The notes beneath the pieces were generated by a model that was not told the DNA's origin, did not search any database, and saw only the letters and a list, made by a program, of their open reading frames with translations. This document shows positions 1 to 9,139 of a DNA stretch of 64,000 nucleotides, piece after piece (position 1 is the first letter of the stretch; each line of letters begins with the position of its first letter). The stretch spans positions 1,201 through 65,200 of the forward strand of contig JAONAZ010000004.1 in NCBI GenBank assembly GCA_028376655.1, in the 5' to 3' direction. The translations under genes were made by a program, and so were the position numbers. This DNA is from Acidimicrobiia bacterium (GTDB taxonomy: Bacteria; Actinomycetota; Acidimicrobiia; Actinomarinales; Actinomarinaceae).

Positions 1-1
1 A

Positions 2-1009
2 AAAGAAATTCCAAAAGAAATTGCAAAAGAAGTTCAAGTAGAAAATAAAGACATCTCTACTTCTAACAACCCAGTTAAAGATTCTAAGAAACTAAAACTG
101 TCTCCAATAGTAAGAAAACTTGCAAATGAAAACAATATAGATTTAACCCAAGTTTCAGGAACTGGAAAAGATAATCGTATTACACGTAAAGATATTGAAA
201 ATTTATTAAGCTCTACCCCTTCACCGGAAACTATTAATCAAGAAATCAAAGAGGAAGAAATTCCAGCTCAAAAAGTAGATAACCAAAAAGAAAAAACATC
301 AGGTTCAATTCCAAGACTTAGAAAAAGAATTGCTGAAAATATGATTCTTTCAAAACAAACTTCCGCCCATGTTATGACTTCCGTTGAAGTTGATTATGAA
401 AACATTGCACTCTTAAGAAATAAAATAAAAGCAGAATTCAAACAAAAAGAAGGTTTTTCTTTGACTTTTTTACCCTTCATTTCTGTGGCAACCATAAATG
501 CCTTAAGAGAGTTTCCTGTTGTTAATAGTTCATTTGATTTGGATAAAAATACTCACGACTTACATGACTTTATCAATTTGGGAATCGCTGTGGACCTGAA
601 CAGAGAAGGACTACTTGTTGGGACTATTAAAGATTCGGATTCATTCAATTTGCGTGGACTAGCAAGAAAAATTACTGAAGTTTCCTCTGTTCTTAGAAAT
701 AAAGAATATGGTTTGGAAGATGTTACAGGCAGCACATTCACGATATCTAATAATGGATCTTTTAACTCATTCATCACATCCCCCATAATTAATCAGCCAA
801 ATGTGGCAATTCTTTCTACTGAATCGATTAAGAAAAAACCAGTAGTTATTGAGGCTACAGATGGATCTGATTCAATTGCTATAAGAAATACTGGTGTGCT
901 CAGTCTTACTTGGGACCATAGAGTTTTTGATGGTTCAACAGCTTTATTATTTTTAAATAGTATTAAAGATAAATTAGAGAATCACTCTTGGGTAGATGAT
1001 CTGAATTGA
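2..1009 (+). CDS. sucB: Dihydrolipoamide acyltransferase (E2 of a 2-oxoacid dehydrogenase complex), 5'-truncated by the window edge
   Basis: The frame is open from nt 2, upstream of the tracked Met at 341. That upstream part encodes a peripheral-subunit-binding motif (LSPIVRKLANENNIDLTQVSGTGKDNRITRKDIE). The C-terminal catalytic domain has the DHRVFDG active-site motif. The TGA stop is at 1007-1009. Confidence 0.9.
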   Translation, partial: KEIPKEIAKEVQVENKDISTSNNPVKDSKKLKLSPIVRKLANENNIDLTQVSGTGKDNRITRKDIENLLSSTPSPETINQEIKEEEIPAQKVDNQKEKTSGSIPRLRKRIAENMILSKQTSAHVMTSVEVDYENIALLRNKIKAEFKQKEGFSLTFLPFISVATINALREFPVVNSSFDLDKNTHDLHDFINLGIAVDLNREGLLVGTIKDSDSFNLRGLARKITEVSSVLRNKEYGLEDVTGSTFTISNNGSFNSFITSPIINQPNVAILSTESIKKKPVVIEATDGSDSIAIRNTGVLSLTWDHRVFDGSTALLFLNSIKDKLENHSWVDDLN

Positions 1010-2634
1010 GGAAACTAAATGTTAGATGGCTCGGGAGTCTTCCATACTCAGAAGCATTGATTCTCCAAAAAGGACTCAAAGATTCTGTATCAGATGAACA
1101 CAACCCATATGATTACCTTCTTCTTTTAGAACACAATAATGTCATTACTATAGGTAGAACTGGCGATCCAAAAAACCTTCTCTTTAATAGTGATGAGCTC
1201 CAAAAAAAAGGAATCGAATTTTTTGAAACAGATCGTGGCGGGGATGTAACTTTTCATGGGAAAGGTCAACTGATTGGCTATCCGATAATGAGGCTCCAAG
1301 ATCCAAAAAAAGTTATACCTTTTGTAAGGAGTCTTGAAGAGACAATAATTAAAACTCTTAATAGTTTTGATATAGATGCTTTTTCAAAAGAAGATGATAC
1401 TGGAGTCTGGACACCTAAAGGCAAGATTGCATCCATAGGAGTTAAAGTTAGCAAGTGGACAACTTATCATGGCTTCTCATTAAATATCTTTGATAAACTC
1501 GAGGGTTTTAACCTTATAAACCCTTGCGGAAACCAAGATGAAAAGATATCTGCTGTACATACTTTTAATAAAGAAATTTCTTTTGATGATGTTGTAAATA
1601 AAATAACTTCAACTTTTGTAGACGAATTTGAATACAAAGATGTTGGCATACAGATGTCACAATTCACTCCAACACAGCTTAAAAAACATAAAAAACATGA
1701 AATTGATGAGATGCTCGATAAAGGAGTTTTTCAAAAAAATAATAATATTGTACCAATCACCATAAAAGGTTTGTTACCGGATGAACCACAGAGACCTGAG
1801 TGGATGAAAGTTAAGGCTGACTTAGGCAAAGACTACAGAGATTTAAAAAATCTAATCTCTGAAAAAAAACTTAATACTGTTTGTGAAGAGGCCTCTTGTC
1901 CAAACATATATGAGTGTTGGTCTATGGGTACCGCAACTTTTATGATCATGGGAGATACATGTACTAGAGCTTGTGGATTCTGTGATGTGAATACTGGAAA
2001 GCCTTGTGACCTTGATGACCTTGAACCATTGCGTGTTGCAGAAAGTGTTCAGGCTATGGAGTTGACTCATGCTGTAATAACTTCTGTGAATAGAGACGAT
2101 CTCCCAGATGGTGGTTCAAACTTTTTTGCAAAGACAATAGATGAAGTTAAAAGATTAAACCCGTCTACAAGTGTTGAAGTACTTATTCCAGACTTTAAAG
2201 GAGACAGAAGAGCTATAGATAATATTATTGATGCTAGTCCAGAAGTCTTAAACCATAATTTAGAAACAGTCCCACGACTTCAGAGAGAAATAAGAACAGC
2301 AGCATCCTATGGCCGTTCGCTTTCATTACTTCAATATGCAAAAGATTCTGCATTTCTAGGGAAGACTAAAACAGGTCTCATCGTGGGAATGGGGGAAGAG
2401 TTTGACGAAGTAATCGCAGTTTTAGAAGACTTATCTCAAATCAATGTTGATATTGTGACGATTGGACAGTACCTTAGGCCAACAGCTAAACATAGACCAA
2501 TTCATAGGTATGTTGAAAAAGAAGAATTTGTAAAATATAAAACTATAGGAGAATCCTTTGGAATTCCCCATATTGAATCAGGCCCACTTGTCAGATCTTC
2601 ATATCATGCAAAAGACTCTTTTGCCTCTGTGTAA
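1006..2634 (+). CDS. lipB/lipA: Fused octanoyltransferase (LipB) and lipoyl synthase (LipA), one 542-codon ORF
   Basis: The N-terminal ~215 aa carry LipB motifs (LLLLEHNNVITIGRTG, FETDRGGDVTFHGKGQLIGYP). The C-terminal ~300 aa carry LipA radical-SAM motifs (RPEWMKV lead-in, CEEASCPNIYECW, CTRACGFCDV). No stop codon separates the halves. The TTG start overlaps the sucB stop (TTGA). Confidence 0.85.
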   Translation: MRKLNVRWLGSLPYSEALILQKGLKDSVSDEHNPYDYLLLLEHNNVITIGRTGDPKNLLFNSDELQKKGIEFFETDRGGDVTFHGKGQLIGYPIMRLQDPKKVIPFVRSLEETIIKTLNSFDIDAFSKEDDTGVWTPKGKIASIGVKVSKWTTYHGFSLNIFDKLEGFNLINPCGNQDEKISAVHTFNKEISFDDVVNKITSTFVDEFEYKDVGIQMSQFTPTQLKKHKKHEIDEMLDKGVFQKNNNIVPITIKGLLPDEPQRPEWMKVKADLGKDYRDLKNLISEKKLNTVCEEASCPNIYECWSMGTATFMIMGDTCTRACGFCDVNTGKPCDLDDLEPLRVAESVQAMELTHAVITSVNRDDLPDGGSNFFAKTIDEVKRLNPSTSVEVLIPDFKGDRRAIDNIIDASPEVLNHNLETVPRLQREIRTAASYGRSLSLLQYAKDSAFLGKTKTGLIVGMGEEFDEVIAVLEDLSQINVDIVTIGQYLRPTAKHRPIHRYVEKEEFVKYKTIGESFGIPHIESGPLVRSSYHAKDSFASV

Positions 2635-2654
2635 CCAACACCTATACTATTTAA

Positions 2655-4577
2655 ATGTTCAATAAAGTTACAACTTCGGTAAGGATACTTGCAGCTGCGG
2701 GTGTTGAGGAGGCTGGTTCAGGTCATCCAGGGATGCCATTAGGAATGGCTGACGTAGGAACTGTTCTATATAAAAACTTTTTAAAAGTCTCAAATCAAAA
2801 TCCTACATGGATAAATAGGGATAGATTCATTCTTAGTCCTGGACATGGATCAATGTTGTTGTATTCATTACTTCACTTAAATGGATTCGATTTGTCGATT
2901 GAAGATTTAAGAAATTTTCGCCAGTATCACTCAAAAACACCTGGACACCCCGAATTAGATCCCACTTTAGGCATAGATATGACAACTGGACCTTTGGGAC
3001 AAGGGTTTTCAACAGGAGTAGGTTTTGCAGTTGCAGAGAGATATCTTTCTGAGCTTTTGGGGAATGACATTATTGATCATTTTACTTATGGAATAGTTTC
3101 GGATGGAGATTTGATGGAGGGTATTTCCTTTGAAGCTGCAGAGTTAGCAGCTGTGTGGCAACTAGGTAAACTAATCTATATATTTGATAATAATAATATT
3201 TCTATTGATGGAAGAGTAACTAAGGTTTCTATAACTAATCAAAAAAAGAAGTTTGAAGCAATTGGTTGGCATGTTCTCGAAATAGATGCACATAACGAAG
3301 AAGAGATAAATACAGCTTTAGAAAATGCCAAACTAGTTACAGATAAACCATCACTTATAATGGCTAAATCTATTATTGGAAAATTTGCACCAAACAAACA
3401 AGATACAAGTGGTATTCATGGTTCTCCACTTGGAGCTGAAGAGATGAAAGAGTTTCAACAAAATCTTGAATGGCAGGGAGATGTCTTTGAACATGATGCA
3501 GATGTTTATGAATATTTTGCAGAAAAAAGAGCTCAGGACAATTCTTCATATTCTAATTGGGAGAAAATATTTAAAGAAAAATATAATAATGATGAAGTAT
3601 TTAAAAAAAGTTGGGATTTACTTACTTCTAACGATATGTCTATCGACATTAATTCTGAAAACTCTTCACAAGCTACACGAATTGCGGGATCAAATATACT
3701 AAGCCAGATTGGTAAAGCATCTAATAATATTATTGGCGGGTCGGCAGACCTTACAGCTTCAACTAAGCAGATAGTTGGTAGTTCAACATTTTCAGCCTCA
3801 GACTATTCAGGAAGAAACATTGAGTACGGCATTAGAGAACACGCAATGGGTGCAATTGTAAATGGAATTACTCTACACAGCCATTTAATTGGTTATGGCG
3901 CAACCTTTTTAGTTTTTTCTGATTATATGAGACCAAGTATAAGACTAGCTTCTCTCATGGAGATTGATTCAGTGTATGTATTTACACATGATTCAATATA
4001 CCTGGGTGAGGATGGTCCGACACATCAGCCGATAGAGCATTTAATGGCTTTACGACTGATCCCCAATTTAGATGTTATACGTCCTTCAAACAGTGTGGAG
4101 GTTGAGCATGCTTATAGATATGCATTTACAAAATCTGGTAATCCAAAAGCAATAGTTCTTACACGGCAAAATCTTGAATATCTTGATTTCGAAAATAGTT
4201 ATAAAGATTTTTCTGCTGGTGCTTCTATAGTTTCAGAAGGAAATGAAATCACAATTTTTGCATCTGGTTCAGAATTAGAACTTGCATTTGGGGTGAAAGA
4301 ATATCTCAAAGAAATATCTGTGAGGATTGTAAGTATTCCAATATTAAATAAATTAGAAAATGTGGATACAGAAATACTTAATAATCTTAAGGCAACGAAC
4401 TTAAACTTTACTATTGAGCTAGGAAGATCTATCGGATGGTCAACATATCTTGGAGATATAACAAAGTCTTTTAGTATTGATCAATTTGGAATATCCGCAC
4501 CGATTATAGATTTAAAAGAAGAGTTTAAATTTACTGTTGAAAACATTGGTAGTGAAATTAAAAAGTTTTTAAGTTAA
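2655..4577 (+). CDS. tkt: Transketolase
   Basis: 640 aa with GSGHPGMPLGMADV, GDLMEG and EDGPTHQPIEHL transketolase signatures. Confidence 0.95.
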   Translation: MFNKVTTSVRILAAAGVEEAGSGHPGMPLGMADVGTVLYKNFLKVSNQNPTWINRDRFILSPGHGSMLLYSLLHLNGFDLSIEDLRNFRQYHSKTPGHPELDPTLGIDMTTGPLGQGFSTGVGFAVAERYLSELLGNDIIDHFTYGIVSDGDLMEGISFEAAELAAVWQLGKLIYIFDNNNISIDGRVTKVSITNQKKKFEAIGWHVLEIDAHNEEEINTALENAKLVTDKPSLIMAKSIIGKFAPNKQDTSGIHGSPLGAEEMKEFQQNLEWQGDVFEHDADVYEYFAEKRAQDNSSYSNWEKIFKEKYNNDEVFKKSWDLLTSNDMSIDINSENSSQATRIAGSNILSQIGKASNNIIGGSADLTASTKQIVGSSTFSASDYSGRNIEYGIREHAMGAIVNGITLHSHLIGYGATFLVFSDYMRPSIRLASLMEIDSVYVFTHDSIYLGEDGPTHQPIEHLMALRLIPNLDVIRPSNSVEVEHAYRYAFTKSGNPKAIVLTRQNLEYLDFENSYKDFSAGASIVSEGNEITIFASGSELELAFGVKEYLKEISVRIVSIPILNKLENVDTEILNNLKATNLNFTIELGRSIGWSTYLGDITKSFSIDQFGISAPIIDLKEEFKFTVENIGSEIKKFLS

Positions 4578-7540
4578 CAACCTGTATATTTTTTCATCTC
4601 TGATTTTGTCCTAGCTCCTGCAGCTCCATCAGGTATAAGACCAACTTTTCTTTGGAAGGCTTTTATTGCTTCTTTTGTATATGAGCCCATTTCACCATCT
4701 ATAATCCCTGGATTAAAGCCATTATTTGAAAGGTACGTTTGGATCCCCTCAACTGAATCTAAGTTTGCTGATCTATTATCACGAGCTGCACATGTATTAG
4801 TTGTGCATCCTGTATAAGCTCTCATAGAAGCTTTAGTCTTATTGCCAACAACACCATCCGCTAGTAAACCATTAATTTGTTGAAAAGCCTTAATTGCTGC
4901 AACTGTCTTTGGGCCAGATTGACCATCAATTGGTCCAGGTTTAAAACCATTGTTAGTTAGAAACTTTTGTATTTCTAGAGTATTAGTTAATTTAGCATTT
5001 GAATTATCTTTTGCAACACAGTCATCGTTTCCTTCATTAGGATTTGAAACTGCTGTTTGGGCTGCTGTTCCCACTTCTCCACCAACTGGTTCCCAGCCAC
5101 TTTGAAATGGTGTTTGATTATATACCTCCGAGTTAATTAATGATTTAGTAACTAGTTTATTGATCATAAAAGAAACTTCTCCTATAGATGTTTTCCGACT
5201 AGGACAAAATTTATCAGCTAAAGAACTACAAGCTGGAATGATATCGTTAGCTGCAAGTGTATAAATACTGCTTGTCCAGTTACTTCCTCCTTCATCTGAA
5301 TAAGGATCAGTACTACCTGTAAGATTGTTTGCAGTACCAGCTTTTACAGCTTTTGTTAACATGCATGCAAACTCATCCCTTGAGACAGATTCTTTTGGTA
5401 GATATTGAAAAGGACTACCAAAGCAAACCTGCATCCCATAATAGGGCATCCCATTGATAGCCTTTTGATAGATACTTTGATCATCATCACTATAGGCATT
5501 GGGAGCATCCAAAGGAATCCCACCAGTCACTGCTACAACTGCGGCAGCTTCTTCTCTTGTTATAGTTTTATTTTGACAAGCTGTTGAACTTTGAGAACAC
5601 TTATCTAATAAGCCAGCCTTACTTAAGTAGAGTAGTCCGCTGGTTGAAGTCGCATACTGAGCAGTATCCCCTGTGGAACTTACTACACTTCCACCATTCG
5701 AGTTACTTGAAGAAGATGAGTTATTAACTGTTACCGGACCGACATTTAATGTTGAAACATCTGAGGCGCTTGAAGTTTTAAAATAGTGAGATGTAAAACC
5801 AAGTTGAGATTTTATATTTCTACCTGATTTAGTTACCGTTTTAGCAGCCCCATTTTTGTAACCTTTCATTGTTACTTGAGTTGCAGCACCTGATGTGGCA
5901 GCACCTGAAACATAAATATCCGTGATGGCATCAAAACAAGGAGTGTCTCCACATAAAATATTTTTAGAGAGTTGATAAGTAGAAAAATCATATGACCAGG
6001 CAGCTTTTGGGTTCCCCACTCTGTTATCTATTGACCAAGGATCATCAACAGTTTGTAAATAAGGCCATACTGTTGATGATCCAAATCCAACAGCATTATC
6101 ATTAGTTTTCCCCCCTGTAGAAGAAGAATAAAATGCCTGAATCACCCCACTTCTTGTATAGCCACCACCGTAAGTAATAACTTTTCCAGATGTATTATTT
6201 ACAGCTTGTACCCAGTTTGGACCAGCAATTTCTTTTAAGTAACCGTAATAATACTGACTTGAAGCTGTGGACCCAATATGGCACCAGCAGTATGCTTTTT
6301 GTTTCTCAGATAGACCTGCATCATGGACAGTTTGTTGACTCGGAATATTTTCATCTAAATAATGAAAGACTGCATAGCTTCTACCAACTAGTGCCTGTGC
6401 TTCCAATGCTTTTACATTCCAATGAGATGGCATCTCAGCTAATCCATATAAATATTTTTCCAAATTTACAGCTAGAGAAACATGAAAACCTGTCGATACA
6501 GATTTAGATCTTAACTTCAGTTCACCATGTTTGTGCTCTCGTGGTCCAACCCTAATTCTTCCCCCTTCAGACCATTTGATTGTCACATTACAACTTGCAG
6601 CTTGTTTTGAAACTAATGGATGACCTGTAAAATAACAGCCATTGGCAGAGTTAATAATAGAGATAGTTGCACCACCACTAATTTTTATAGGACCCCAAAT
6701 AGACTCACAAGTACCTTCACCAGATGCATCACTCTTAATAGCACTAACAGTGGCATCGTCTATTGCACCTGATTGGCTTATTCCCTTTGAAGCTTGATAA
6801 TTCCTAAGAGCATTGGCAGTTTTATCTCCATACGCTCCATCTACTGGTCCAGGTTCATACCCTCTTGATGCTAAAAATCCCTGAACACCTGCAGTTTGAG
6901 TTAAACCTTCCTGACATATAAACAACGTTGGAGGACTTGAAGAGGGAAGAGTGGTAATTGAAATGTTTTTTGCATTTCTAGCTAAACCTACCCAAAGAGC
7001 TGATTTATCGGTAGCAATTTCAGGAGAGGATAATGAAAGTTCAGATAGTTGCTTGTCGACAGTATCTTTAAAATAATAATTAACTACCTCATCAGATGTA
7101 CATGAACTTGTATTTGCACAAAAAGATGCGCCAAGTTCCGTTAGTCCTTTTGCACCGTACTGACTTAATCCAACACCATGACCCCAACCACTTCCAGTAA
7201 AAGTAAAAGATTCTTCAGAGTAAGAACGCATAGCTTGTTTTGTTGCTGGTCCAACTACACCATCAGGAACTAGTCCTGATGCAGATTGGAATGCTTTGAC
7301 TGCTGAGGTTGTTCTACCTCCAGTAGATCCATCAATTGGACCAGGATTAAAACCATTACAATTTAAATAGGTCTGTATATCTTTTACTGAATCCAGTGGT
7401 GCAACTGCATTCGAAGCACAACTGAATGTGTAGTCTGGTAAAGGTAAAATTTGAGCTGATGCATTATTTTGCAGACACATAAGACTTATGAAAGTCAAAA
7501 CTCCAACAAAAGTTAATTTTTTTAACATGCCCTGTATCAT
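4574..7540 (-). CDS. Secreted SpoIID/LytB-domain protein with four PG_binding_1 repeats and SLH-like repeats
   Basis: Signal peptide ending ASA/QILP. Four copies of the peptidoglycan-binding motif (e.g. IQTYLNCNGFNPGPIDGSTGGRTTSAVKAFQSASGLVPDGVVGPATKQAM), two N-terminal and two C-terminal. SpoIID-type motifs are SGWGHGVGLSQYGAKG, AQALVGRSYA and FYSSSTGGKTN. The central region resembles SLH repeats (ITREEAAAVVAV, SRDEFACMLTKAV, SIGEVSFMINKLV). Confidence 0.8.
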   Translation of the reverse strand: MIQGMLKKLTFVGVLTFISLMCLQNNASAQILPLPDYTFSCASNAVAPLDSVKDIQTYLNCNGFNPGPIDGSTGGRTTSAVKAFQSASGLVPDGVVGPATKQAMRSYSEESFTFTGSGWGHGVGLSQYGAKGLTELGASFCANTSSCTSDEVVNYYFKDTVDKQLSELSLSSPEIATDKSALWVGLARNAKNISITTLPSSSPPTLFICQEGLTQTAGVQGFLASRGYEPGPVDGAYGDKTANALRNYQASKGISQSGAIDDATVSAIKSDASGEGTCESIWGPIKISGGATISIINSANGCYFTGHPLVSKQAASCNVTIKWSEGGRIRVGPREHKHGELKLRSKSVSTGFHVSLAVNLEKYLYGLAEMPSHWNVKALEAQALVGRSYAVFHYLDENIPSQQTVHDAGLSEKQKAYCWCHIGSTASSQYYYGYLKEIAGPNWVQAVNNTSGKVITYGGGYTRSGVIQAFYSSSTGGKTNDNAVGFGSSTVWPYLQTVDDPWSIDNRVGNPKAAWSYDFSTYQLSKNILCGDTPCFDAITDIYVSGAATSGAATQVTMKGYKNGAAKTVTKSGRNIKSQLGFTSHYFKTSSASDVSTLNVGPVTVNNSSSSSNSNGGSVVSSTGDTAQYATSTSGLLYLSKAGLLDKCSQSSTACQNKTITREEAAAVVAVTGGIPLDAPNAYSDDDQSIYQKAINGMPYYGMQVCFGSPFQYLPKESVSRDEFACMLTKAVKAGTANNLTGSTDPYSDEGGSNWTSSIYTLAANDIIPACSSLADKFCPSRKTSIGEVSFMINKLVTKSLINSEVYNQTPFQSGWEPVGGEVGTAAQTAVSNPNEGNDDCVAKDNSNAKLTNTLEIQKFLTNNGFKPGPIDGQSGPKTVAAIKAFQQINGLLADGVVGNKTKASMRAYTGCTTNTCAARDNRSANLDSVEGIQTYLSNNGFNPGIIDGEMGSYTKEAIKAFQRKVGLIPDGAAGARTKSEMKKYTGC

Positions 7541-7577
7541 TATTCTATTTTAGGTATTACAAGAGCAATTGTGGACT

Positions 7578-7955
7578 TTAGAAAGAACTTTTCCATCTAC
7601 TGTACATATATTTACCCAGACTAATTGAGAAATAAATTGTAAATATTATGTATGTAACCGGAAAAAGCTCACCTTGCCTACTTGTAAAAACTTCAGGTGA
7701 AAGAAGAAATATACTTCCAAACATCAACAATGCTAGAAATTTATAAGAGCCATAAGCTTTTAGAGAAAAAAATGAAAGTAAGCTAAAGGTCACAATCGAG
7801 ATAATTAAATTTTTGCTGAAGAGTGTATCAATTTTGTCCCAACCAGTTACTAGAAGGATTCCTATACCAAGAATTAAAGCTATAAATATATCTATTTTAT
7901 TTTTTTCATTAGCCATATAGACATTATTGTAAAAGGAGTATGAATTTGAGTACAT
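7578..7955 (-). CDS. Small multi-pass membrane protein, function unknown
   Basis: Hydrophobic 125-aa ORF with 3-4 predicted TM helices. The true start is probably Met14 (MANEKNK, about 7916), because a start at 7955 would overlap the divergent neighbour. Confidence 0.5.
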   Translation of the reverse strand: MYSNSYSFYNNVYMANEKNKIDIFIALILGIGILLVTGWDKIDTLFSKNLIISIVTFSLLSFFSLKAYGSYKFLALLMFGSIFLLSPEVFTSRQGELFPVTYIIFTIYFSISLGKYMYSRWKSSF

Positions 7956-8581
7956 TTATCTACATTGTTTTAGTAATGAGTATCCCTTATTTTTGGTATA
8001 TTAGATTCTCGACTAACCCCAAAAAAGGCTTTAGTATTTTATTTATTGGGATAATTTCTGTAATTTTACTAATTGATTTTAACTTGTTTGCACTTCTTGG
8101 ATTTCTGTTGCTTGCTTCTGTATTGATACACTCAAATAATTCCATAAGTACTTTTTCAATATTTTTGAGCTTCCTGATTTTGATTACTCAATTATTTAAT
8201 AAATTAGAAGGAAATTTAATTATAAATATCCTACCAATAACATTAATAAGTGGAATATTCGCCTTAATGATGATTGGACACTGGTTCTTAGTTGATCCAA
8301 CTATCTCAAGAGAGGGAATGAAAAATATTGCTAAATCGTCCATATTCACTGCAACTTTACTTTGTTTACTTCTTTTCTTGGGATTATTTTCAGATGAAAT
8401 ATCCATTTTTTATAGAAATATTATATTAGGTCTGTACATATCTTCAGGGATACTTTCTTTAGGTTCACTAAAGTCTTTAAATGAAAAATCATATACAGGA
8501 GTGATGGCAGCAACAGGACTGAGTTATCTCTCTTTATTAGTCTCACTTGGCGGTACTGGTACTCTTATACTTTTGCCTTAA
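7940..8581 (+). CDS. Polytopic membrane protein, function unknown
   Basis: 213 aa and almost entirely hydrophobic (about 6 TM segments). AAGGAG lies 1 nt upstream of ATG 7940, so TTG 7946 is an alternative start with better spacing. No recognisable catalytic motif. Confidence 0.6.
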   Translation: MNLSTFIYIVLVMSIPYFWYIRFSTNPKKGFSILFIGIISVILLIDFNLFALLGFLLLASVLIHSNNSISTFSIFLSFLILITQLFNKLEGNLIINILPITLISGIFALMMIGHWFLVDPTISREGMKNIAKSSIFTATLLCLLLFLGLFSDEISIFYRNIILGLYISSGILSLGSLKSLNEKSYTGVMAATGLSYLSLLVSLGGTGTLILLP

Positions 8582-8596
8582 CACTAAGATTAAATT

Positions 8597-9139
8597 ATGA
8601 AAATTTATACAAAAAATGGTGATAAAGGGAATACAAAACTCCTTTATGGTGGCTCTGTATCCAAGGACAATTTTGAACCAGAAGCTGTTGGAACAGTTGA
8701 TGAACTTGTTGCCTCTCTTGGAATTATTAGAGCGGAATCTAATTTGCCTGCTGAAACTCAAGAAATATTACTACAGATTCAAAGAGAGCTTTTTATTGTT
8801 GGAGCAGAATTAGCAACTACAAAAGAGAATAGAAACAAACTAGAAACTGGTAAAACTCTTGTAGAGGAAGTTATGATTACTAATCTTGAAGAAAAAATTG
8901 ATATCCTTGAAGAAAAAAATGGTATTCCAGATTTTTTCGTTGTACCCGGCGAAAATACAATCTCCTCAAAAATCGATTGGGCACGAGTTGTATCTAGAAG
9001 AGCTGAGCGAAAATGTGTTACCTTGCAAAAGGCTAATGAAATTAATGATTCCAAAGCTATTAAATATCTAAATAGGCTTTCGGATTACTTATGGATGCTT
9101 GCAAGGGATTTTGAAAAAGATTGGACACCCAGTAAATAA
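8597..9139 (+). CDS. ATP:cob(I)alamin adenosyltransferase, PduO type
   Basis: N-terminus MKIYTKNGDKGNTKLLYGG...VGTVDELVASLG matches the PduO/MMAB signature (TKxGDxGxT). Size is 180 aa. Confidence 0.85.
   Translation: MKIYTKNGDKGNTKLLYGGSVSKDNFEPEAVGTVDELVASLGIIRAESNLPAETQEILLQIQRELFIVGAELATTKENRNKLETGKTLVEEVMITNLEEKIDILEEKNGIPDFFVVPGENTISSKIDWARVVSRRAERKCVTLQKANEINDSKAIKYLNRLSDYLWMLARDFEKDWTPSK

Noticed and set aside
7916-7955. A 16-nt overlap of the 5' ends of two divergent membrane-protein genes.
   Set aside because: It is more likely an artefact of taking the longest ORFs. Internal starts (Met at about 7916 on the minus strand; ATG 7940 or TTG 7946 on the plus strand) remove the overlap.
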